From: Promethearchaeota archaeon
Lineage (GTDB): Archaea; Asgardarchaeota; Lokiarchaeia; Sigyniarchaeales; SOKP01
NCBI GenBank assembly: GCA_048941265.1
Contig: JBHLNT010000070.1
Span: 1-19,682, forward strand
DNA length: 19,682 nt
Direction: 5' to 3'
Shown here: piece after piece, positions 1-6,772 of the stretch
Layout: every line of letters starts with the position of its first letter
Position numbering within the stretch: the first letter of the stretch is position 1
Made by a program: the position numbers and the translations under genes
The notes under the pieces: model-generated
The model's input: only the letters and a program-made list of their open reading frames with translations
Database searches by the model: none
Told to the model about the DNA's origin: nothing

Positions 1-225
1 GAAATTTGTGGATTATCTTATCCATTACCTAAAAGAGGAAACATTAGCAATTCAGCTTTAATTTGTCCTATGAGAGAGTTACCACTTTTAATCATAGAGA
101 GAAAAGATCAAAAAGCATACTTTTGGGCTGATGGGCCTTGTTTCTCATGTGTAGAATTTGATAAATGCAAAGAGACTAAGGAACTTATCAAAGAATTTAT
201 AGATTTAAAGGTGTATGGGTATTAA
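1..225 (+). CDS. topA: 5'-truncated CDS, probably the C-terminal Zn-ribbon region of archaeal DNA topoisomerase IA
   Basis: Not in the ORF track. Frame 1 is open from base 1 to TAA at 223-225: EICGLSYPLPKRGNISNSALICPMRELPLLIIERKDQKAYFWADGPCFSCVEFDKC...YGY*. The C-x3-YPLP-x2-G-x-I...CP...W...CxxC pattern resembles the tail of archaeal TopA proteins (recalled, not searched). Confidence 0.55.
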   Translation, partial: EICGLSYPLPKRGNISNSALICPMRELPLLIIERKDQKAYFWADGPCFSCVEFDKCKETKELIKEFIDLKVYGY

Positions 226-1300
226 AAAAGGTCATTACATCACAATTTTCATAATTCTTTACTTTTTGATATTTTTAAGTTATTATATAATATTAACAGA
301 CAAATCGGAGCTTTTAGCTAATGGTAGATATAATAGCGAAAAAGTTATTAATCGAAGACAGATAGATCCGAAAAAAAGTGATTTAGAATTACCAGATAAA
401 GTGTACACGTTTTTGGCTCCAAGCGATAACTGGACTTTTGAGAAGCTTTATTTGGAAAAAGAATATATGTATTATATTTATATAGAACTCGTAACCCCTC
501 ATAATATTTCTGTAATGAGAATCACAATTTGGGATCCTGATGGTAAACAATTTAACGTTTTCGAAAGTAATATGTTTTTTAATCCAAAGTATGGTCGATA
601 CTTTGAAATTCCATTCGGAACGGAAATGACTGGGCAATATAGAATTGAATTTTATTCAGAATCTGAAGTGAATTTCAATCTCTATATTTTTATGGAACAA
701 GGTCCAATATGTCTTTACGATAAAATTGATTCCAAGGACCAAGATAAGATAATACTTCATGAAGTTACAACTTTTGATAATAATAAATATAAAGAGCATG
801 ATATAGATTTAAAAACAGATGTCTCGTACAAGCTTGTTATCGGACGAGTTTCAGCAATTTCAATTAAAGAGAGCAATATAGTTCGATTAGATTACACTAT
901 CGAAGATCCTGACGGAATTGAATTTATTATATATACAAATGGATTATTAGCGGATATTAATGGGGTCAATTCCTCAAGCTTTGGAACTGCTACAGGAGGA
1001 AATTATGAGATTAAATTAAGGATCTATTGTGACGTCGCTTATGTTAATATAGCTTATGCGATTATTGAAGATTATCAGATAAGCAACGTTATCGAAGTTA
1101 ATGAAACTGAATCTCAAAGTTCGGATAAGAGTGATGAGGTTAAATTAATAGAAGCATTGAGTAATAATGCAGTTTCATTACCCATCGAATGGACAATTGC
1201 GACAATTATTTTTGTAAGTACTATTTCTGGTGCAATGTATATGACTTTAATAAAGCAACGAAAAAAAAATCTTACAAGATTAGATTTTAAAACTAAATAA
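215..1300 (+). CDS. Membrane-anchored surface protein with two tandem beta-sandwich (GOLD/PPC-like) repeats
   Basis: 361 aa. N-terminal hydrophobic segment, internal repeat (IWDPDG...FGTEMTGQYRIEF / IEDPDG...FGTATGGNYEIKL), Ser/acidic linker, C-terminal TM helix and basic tail, several N-x-S/T sequons. The start overlaps the upstream CDS by 11 nt. Confidence 0.8.
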   Translation: MGIKKGHYITIFIILYFLIFLSYYIILTDKSELLANGRYNSEKVINRRQIDPKKSDLELPDKVYTFLAPSDNWTFEKLYLEKEYMYYIYIELVTPHNISVMRITIWDPDGKQFNVFESNMFFNPKYGRYFEIPFGTEMTGQYRIEFYSESEVNFNLYIFMEQGPICLYDKIDSKDQDKIILHEVTTFDNNKYKEHDIDLKTDVSYKLVIGRVSAISIKESNIVRLDYTIEDPDGIEFIIYTNGLLADINGVNSSSFGTATGGNYEIKLRIYCDVAYVNIAYAIIEDYQISNVIEVNETESQSSDKSDEVKLIEALSNNAVSLPIEWTIATIIFVSTISGAMYMTLIKQRKKNLTRLDFKTK

Positions 1301-1314
1301 ACTTTTAAATAATA

Positions 1315-1324
1315 TTCTTTTTTT
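1315..1324 (+). terminator. Putative oligo-T terminator between convergent genes
   Basis: TTCTTTTTTT about 15 nt after the stop at 1300. Confidence 0.35.
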
Positions 1325-1356
1325 AGGAAGATTTAATCGAAATGCCTGTTTTCATT

Positions 1357-2361
1357 TTATCCTTTTTTATATATTCCAATTTCTTTTGCATAACGATAAG
1401 CTTCAATGATAGATTTTACTTCCATTCCTTTAAATAAACTATTTGATGAAGAAAAAAGGTATCCTCCTCCTGGTGCTCCTTGTTCAATACAGCGTTCTAC
1501 ATCCTTATGAACTAATTCAAGATTACTCTGAGTAAGAATATTTGTGACGTCTAAATTTCCCGCTAATACTAATTTCCTGCCAAATTTTTTTTTAATGTTT
1601 GCAAGATCTATATTTGCGTTTGGTTCAAGAGAATGAATCCCTGCAAATCCGGCTTCAATAATTATGGGAATTAGAACTTCAATTGCCCCATCCGAGTGCC
1701 AAATAAGCGGAACCTTCGATGATTTTACAATTTTTTTATAATAAGGTAATACAATTTCTCGGAATATCTTAGGCGACATCATAGGTCCTGACTTAAAAGC
1801 AACATCATCACCAACCATAATGAAATCTACTTCGTTTGCGTTAGCTTCCTTGAGCATAGCAATCGTCCAATCTGTACTTCTTTCCATAAGAGCTTGAACT
1901 AACTCTTTATTTCTGTGTATTGCCATAAAAAATTTATCTAGTCCCATGCTCATATAGGATAACCCTAAGCACACATCATGAGATGCATAATAAATCGCAT
2001 GGGTTTCACCATACTTTTTTTTAGTGTTTTTCATAATAGTGTCAGGAAACCAAGCCTTTGCATATTCTAATGGAGGAGTATATTTTTCCACATCATCCAG
2101 ATTATTTACCATACCTTTCATATACCATCCATTTTTAAAGACTCTACCCCACTCATCAGTTCCAGTTCGCCATGCATTCGTAGTTTTAGGATGGCCAATA
2201 CTAATAGGAAAACAATCAAGATTAAGTCGTTCACGAGTTTTATATGGGTTCCCATCTCCAATTGCCTCCATAATCTCCATCTCAATCCACGCCTCAAAAA
2301 GAGGAACTCTATCTGGTTCTTTAAACTTAAAAGTGGTTAATACTCGTTCTCGTGAATTCAT
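1357..2361 (-). CDS. Uroporphyrinogen decarboxylase (URO-D)/MtaA-CmuA superfamily TIM-barrel protein
   Basis: Family-typical motifs: MNSRERV...EPDRVP, DEWG, GDDVAFKSGPMMSPKIFRE, WHSDG, GNLD, PGGGYLFSSSN. Confidence 0.9.
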   Translation of the reverse strand: MNSRERVLTTFKFKEPDRVPLFEAWIEMEIMEAIGDGNPYKTRERLNLDCFPISIGHPKTTNAWRTGTDEWGRVFKNGWYMKGMVNNLDDVEKYTPPLEYAKAWFPDTIMKNTKKKYGETHAIYYASHDVCLGLSYMSMGLDKFFMAIHRNKELVQALMERSTDWTIAMLKEANANEVDFIMVGDDVAFKSGPMMSPKIFREIVLPYYKKIVKSSKVPLIWHSDGAIEVLIPIIIEAGFAGIHSLEPNANIDLANIKKKFGRKLVLAGNLDVTNILTQSNLELVHKDVERCIEQGAPGGGYLFSSSNSLFKGMEVKSIIEAYRYAKEIGIYKKG

Positions 2362-2472
2362 AAAAATTGATTTAAATTATTTATTGAATAACTAAAGCTA
2401 ATAAATAATCTCAAGTAAAGCTTATTAAAAATTTTTTAAGAAATAGATCATATCAAAAATAGATAATATACA

Positions 2473-2856
2473 TTATTTTAAATAAGATTCTAACACTTTT
2501 AGATATTCCTGGATGGTTATTCCATGCAATAAAATTTCATGGATAAATTTCAAATTTAATTCATTTATATCTAATACTTTTTCATTTTCTCTTAAATCCT
2601 TAGTTAAATCGTGTAAATATCTTTCCAAAGAGAAATTTTGATCTTTTAATTTTGCAAAATAACCCCCATATGCCAAAAAAATCTTCGTCATCCACTCAAT
2701 ATCCTTGATTGGAAATTTTTGGCAACAATTTGAACATACAATGCTGAAACTATGCTCTGATTGGTAAATATTTGTATTATTTTTTATGTCGGTTCGACAA
2801 ATTACACATTTTAATGAATTACCTACCGAATTGATAAAAATTTTGAGACTATTCAT
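2473..2856 (-). CDS. Small Zn-finger protein (CxxC...CxxC) with a helical C-terminal domain
   Basis: 127 aa with CVIC and CSNC motifs about 20 aa apart, followed by FLAYGGYF and HEILLHGI segments. A TATA-like TTTAAATA lies about 25-31 nt upstream. Confidence 0.75.
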   Translation of the reverse strand: MNSLKIFINSVGNSLKCVICRTDIKNNTNIYQSEHSFSIVCSNCCQKFPIKDIEWMTKIFLAYGGYFAKLKDQNFSLERYLHDLTKDLRENEKVLDINELNLKFIHEILLHGITIQEYLKVLESYLK

Positions 2857-2878
2857 ATATTTGCTTTATACGCTGTGC

Positions 2879-2894
2879 ATATTTAAAGAAAAAT
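2879..2894 (-). promoter_or_regulatory. Putative TATA-box promoter of the Zn-finger gene
   Basis: Minus strand reads ATTTTTCTTTAAATAT; the C is 32 nt upstream of the ATG at 2856, typical leaderless archaeal spacing. Confidence 0.5.
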
Positions 2895-2928
2895 TATCTT
2901 CTATGCACCAAATTTATTCTTTAAATAT
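2879..2928. repeat. Perfect 12-bp inverted repeat with a 26-nt spacer
   Basis: ATATTTAAAGAA (2879-2890) and TTCTTTAAATAT (2917-2928) are exact reverse complements. Confidence 0.7.
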
Positions 2929-2989
2929 AACTATAGAAAAATAAAATAGAACTTGTTAATTTGCTATCTATTCAATATCAAATTATTAT

Positions 2990-3757
2990 TTACCAATGAG
3001 CTTCTTCATTTCCTAATTTATACGGTTTTTGCGGTTTAAGCCTTTGTTTATTTAATAATCTATACATCTTATTTTGAAGACCATTTTTATGCCGGACAAT
3101 AACTATATAAACAAAGTAATTAATTCCCATCAGAACATATTTCAAAAGATAATACATGATTCCAATCAGAATATAGAATAATAAATCAAGCATTAAGTTT
3201 ATCTCATAATAATTTAATAATAACCATACGAGTATACCAGACACTAAAACTAAAAATATTTGGTACAATGAATAACTTAAATTTGTTTTAAAGGCCCTCC
3301 AAATATTTTGAAAATCCGGCATAGAGGGTGAAGCTCCTAAAATTAATGAAAGACAGAAAAAACTTGCGGCAATTCTTACCAAAGGATTATAAGATGAATT
3401 TAAAGCAATCATTAATGACCAAAAGAAAAGCCATGTGGATATAATTAATGGTGCTAAAGAAATTAAAGTTTGTTGTAGAAAGGTTTGTTTATGGCCATCA
3501 TGTTTCACATGTCCATGCGGATTTGGTTTATTAGTAATTTCACTCCTAAATTTGATTTTGATTTCTTTTGGTTTAATTCCAACAATTAAACACATTAAAA
3601 AATGACTTAATTCATGAATGGCAACTCCAATAAACCCTAAAACGATAATTATTTTACTAAAGGGACCATAATCGTACCTTATTAAAATTTGTTTAGTAAT
3701 ATAGGAGGCAATCAGAATAATAGGAAATAGAATTAAAATTATATATATCTCATTCAT
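2990..3757 (-). CDS. M50-like (site-2 protease / M50B-type) intramembrane zinc metalloprotease
   Basis: Multi-TM protein with HELSH (HExxH) in a hydrophobic context, then GHVKH, ISLAP and a PSMPD segment that could supply the third Zn ligand (Asp). Confidence 0.8.
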   Translation of the reverse strand: MNEIYIILILFPIILIASYITKQILIRYDYGPFSKIIIVLGFIGVAIHELSHFLMCLIVGIKPKEIKIKFRSEITNKPNPHGHVKHDGHKQTFLQQTLISLAPLIISTWLFFWSLMIALNSSYNPLVRIAASFFCLSLILGASPSMPDFQNIWRAFKTNLSYSLYQIFLVLVSGILVWLLLNYYEINLMLDLLFYILIGIMYYLLKYVLMGINYFVYIVIVRHKNGLQNKMYRLLNKQRLKPQKPYKLGNEEAHW

Positions 3758-3780
3758 AATAAAATACTTTTCTCAATCAA

Positions 3781-3846
3781 TTTAAAGAAAAAAAATAATA
3801 AGGATTAATTTCTATGGATTAGATGCTATTTTTTTCTTTATATAAA
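3781..3846. promoter_or_regulatory. Divergent promoter pair with back-to-back T-run-CTTTAWA boxes
   Basis: Minus strand: TTTTTTTTCTTTAAA, with the C at 3787, 30 nt upstream of the ATG at 3757. Plus strand: TTTTTTTCTTTATATAAA, with the C at 3836. Segments 3783-3794 and 3829-3840 form a perfect 12-bp inverted repeat. Confidence 0.5.
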
Positions 3847-3923
3847 AAGGGATAAAATAAGATTTAAATCTATAATAAAAAAACAGTTTTAATTTGATTT
3901 TAAGACGACTATAAGGTATAAAA

Positions 3924-6653
3924 ATGAAAGTATGGAAAAAACTTATCATAACTGGTCTTTTTTTCATTATTTTGGTAGGGATCTTAATACCATTACACGC
4001 CCCTGTAATAAAAGGAGATTTAGACATCAACTTTTATCAAAAGAACTATATTGACGTCTCTAATAGAGAACCAAGTTTATCATCAGGTGAAATTTATGAT
4101 GCTCTTAACATAATATTTAACGAACTATACAAAGAATTTAACACTCAAGAATTTTTTTCTCAATCTTATGAGTCCTCCCTCCAAGCTACCTACTATGCCT
4201 TATATATTCTCAATGCTACAGATAGGTTGGGCACAATTAATCAGACTAAAATCTTTAATTATATTATGGAACACTATGATATGGAATCTAAAACATTTAT
4301 GGACAGCTATGCTGAAAGATATTTATGTACAGATTATTCTCAAACAAATTATTTTCCATTTCCTTCTCTACTTGAGGTTAATTGCTATGCAATTTTGTCG
4401 CTTAATATTTTAAGAAATTTAACTGCCATTAATAAACAAGAAGCCATAAATTTTATTTGGAGTTGTTTCAACCAACCCACCGAGAGGGGTTTTATTGGGC
4501 AACCGTATTCACCTAGCTTACAATCTTATTTCAAAATCTCTACAATTGATAATACTTTTTACGCGATATTAGCTTTGGAAGTTTTAGGAGACGATCCAAG
4601 TGGCCATAGCCAAGAATGGCAGAAAACTGAATATTTTATCAAAGACTTGCAAAATACAACTATATCGAGCGTGTTTTATGGGGGATACTTTAATGATGAG
4701 GATGAAGATTTTAAGAGTTTAGATAATCTGGATATAACTCTCTTATCTTCATATTATTGTCTACGAAGTTTAGAAGAACTTAATGCGCTTACATCATATA
4801 ATGCATTTCACCAATTTTTAGATAAGCATTATGAGAGTAGCGTGCCCTATTTTGAAATGAGTTTTGCCATGCCGTTTACTAATTCGAGTAACGTCATAGG
4901 GTCAGCTTTAGGGCTTCAATTATCGGATATATCTGGATACTCTGCTATTGATCGAAATGGAGTGATTAATTTTATTCTTAATAATCGCAATTCATGGGGT
5001 ATATGGGAGTCTTCTACTACCTATCCCTACCACGAGCTCATAGATACCTTTCAGGTTATAAGAACTTTATTCGAAACGGGAGAGTTATCTCAATTATCTT
5101 CCAATGACAAGAATAAAATCGCGTCTTCCATAATCATGTATTATCAGCAATATGACTATGGCTTTTCGCTTCTAACTCAGGATTATTCGTCGTTAAGACT
5201 TATTAACACGATTGTGAAGAGTGCTTTAGGGATATATCGTAAGGTTCAATATGACGAGAGCTTTAAGCAAAAGATATATGGCCAGATTCTTTCAAGTTAT
5301 TATTATGATGCGTCTCGCCATGATCATTTCTTTGCAGGTGCGGTTAATATGTTTCAGCAACGACCTCAGGGCGGTTTAGTGAGTAAAGATTTTCGATCTC
5401 GACCTATTGAATTTTATGATCAGTTATATGATATCTATTATAACGAAATTGGGCTACCATATTCACACAGAACGACATTCTATGCGCTTGAAACATTATA
5501 CAATATCGGGATGCTTGGAGATTTTGCGAAAGTATGCGACCTCAATGATCTTGTTACCAATATTGTTAACACACAGTTTCTTTCTCCATCTCATACCAAT
5601 TATGGAGGTTTTTTGCCTAATCCTGCTATCTTAGGTAGTAATTTGGATGACGCTCAAAAGAATGATCTTGTATTCTTAGAATATACATATTATGCGTTTA
5701 GATCGCTAGAAATCTTGACTGAATGGTTGGGATTAGAATCTGTGCCTGAAATTATAATCAATAAGGACGCGTTAGTGTCATTTGTAGATAATACTGCAGG
5801 GGACGGTTCTACAATATATTATGATCCATGGTATACAAATGATATTACCGCAACTTTACGTAATACCTTTTATATGATCTATATTTTGAACGCCACAGCG
5901 AGCTATAAATTAGATCCTCAAAAAATAAATAAGATAAGGAATTTTGTGGTCCAAAATCTAAACTATTCGGATATTAAAAACATTTATTATTCCTATAAAA
6001 TCTCAGATTTTCTAGACTTAGCAATTGAGTTTGATAACAATCGTACTAATCAATTAGTGAGAGAGATCTATAATGAGGAGCTTAATTCCTTCTATTTAAC
6101 CTCTAGCAGAGAAATTTTAAGCGATGAGGTCTTTTTATGGATCTGTGATATGGCGAAAAATGATGAGGTAGATATTTCAGCTCTTTACCCAAATTCAGTT
6201 GAATTGGGAAATGAATTTAATATTACCGTTTACCTTAATAATATCGTACTTGATTTCTTTGGTCCAGATATTGTAGTGAAATTTGATGGAGCATTTGACC
6301 ATGTTACGCTTGAGGGTCCAAATTCAGATATGGGATATGTAGGGGAAATCTATATCCCAGATAATTCTGAGAATTATCCTGAAGTAACTGCAGTTATTGA
6401 GGCATCTGGCGGTGGCATAGAGAAAGTTTCGCTCCCAATTACTATACAGACGACATCCAGTAAATACGAAGTTAAAGATAGTTCAGAAGGAGGAAGTGCT
6501 TCTCAAAATAATTCTGTGGAAAGCCAAATAATGAAACCCTCAATTCAAAGCGCATTACCTGTAATGGTTACATTAATTGCTGTTCCTTCAATAGTAATAT
6601 TTGTCTCGAGTAAATCAAAAAAAAGATCAAAATTAACGTCCAGCTTTAGATAA
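3924..6653 (+). CDS. Cell-surface protein with prenyltransferase/squalene-oxidase-type repeats (two alpha/alpha toroids), an Ig-like domain and a C-terminal membrane anchor
   Basis: 909 aa. Signal/TM at the N-terminus; about 12 helical repeats (ATYYALYIL, NTFYAILAL, SSYYCLRSL, DTFQVIRTL, TTFYALETL, YTYYAFRSL, NTFYMIYIL, NIYYSYKI) with GGF/GGYF loops; beta-rich domain from YPNSVELGNEFNITV; Ser-rich linker; TM plus KSKKRSK tail; at least 10 N-x-S/T sequons. Confidence 0.85.
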   Translation: MKVWKKLIITGLFFIILVGILIPLHAPVIKGDLDINFYQKNYIDVSNREPSLSSGEIYDALNIIFNELYKEFNTQEFFSQSYESSLQATYYALYILNATDRLGTINQTKIFNYIMEHYDMESKTFMDSYAERYLCTDYSQTNYFPFPSLLEVNCYAILSLNILRNLTAINKQEAINFIWSCFNQPTERGFIGQPYSPSLQSYFKISTIDNTFYAILALEVLGDDPSGHSQEWQKTEYFIKDLQNTTISSVFYGGYFNDEDEDFKSLDNLDITLLSSYYCLRSLEELNALTSYNAFHQFLDKHYESSVPYFEMSFAMPFTNSSNVIGSALGLQLSDISGYSAIDRNGVINFILNNRNSWGIWESSTTYPYHELIDTFQVIRTLFETGELSQLSSNDKNKIASSIIMYYQQYDYGFSLLTQDYSSLRLINTIVKSALGIYRKVQYDESFKQKIYGQILSSYYYDASRHDHFFAGAVNMFQQRPQGGLVSKDFRSRPIEFYDQLYDIYYNEIGLPYSHRTTFYALETLYNIGMLGDFAKVCDLNDLVTNIVNTQFLSPSHTNYGGFLPNPAILGSNLDDAQKNDLVFLEYTYYAFRSLEILTEWLGLESVPEIIINKDALVSFVDNTAGDGSTIYYDPWYTNDITATLRNTFYMIYILNATASYKLDPQKINKIRNFVVQNLNYSDIKNIYYSYKISDFLDLAIEFDNNRTNQLVREIYNEELNSFYLTSSREILSDEVFLWICDMAKNDEVDISALYPNSVELGNEFNITVYLNNIVLDFFGPDIVVKFDGAFDHVTLEGPNSDMGYVGEIYIPDNSENYPEVTAVIEASGGGIEKVSLPITIQTTSSKYEVKDSSEGGSASQNNSVESQIMKPSIQSALPVMVTLIAVPSIVIFVSSKSKKRSKLTSSFR

Positions 6654-6662
6654 AAAACCTTA

Positions 6663-6671
6663 TTTTTTTTT
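6663..6671 (+). terminator. Putative oligo-T terminator
   Basis: T9 run 10 nt after the stop at 6653. Confidence 0.5.
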
Positions 6672-6728
6672 ATTTGATTTAATTATGAAAAAGTGCTTAA
6701 AGAAACTAAGAGTTTTCTCTCATTCTAA

Positions 6729-6745
6729 TTTTTTCTTTATAAATA
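6729..6745 (+). promoter_or_regulatory. Putative TATA-box promoter of the four-gene membrane operon
   Basis: TTTTTTCTTTATAAATA, with TTTATAAA at 6736-6743, about 30 nt before the ATG at 6773. Confidence 0.55.
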
Positions 6746-6772
6746 ATGGACATTAAGTTATTCTGATTATTT

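Noticed and set aside
1255-1300. Possible KKxx/KxKxx ER-retrieval-like motif on the GOLD-like protein
   Set aside because: The tail ends LDFKTK: Lys at -3 but Phe at -4 and Asp at -5, so neither consensus is met.
1357-2361. hemE or mtaA/mtbA gene symbol
   Set aside because: The diagnostic catalytic motifs of both are missing.
3924-6653. Squalene-hopene cyclase or protein prenyltransferase enzyme call
   Set aside because: No DxDD motif or clear Zn ligands, and the export signal, sequons and C-terminal anchor indicate a surface protein.
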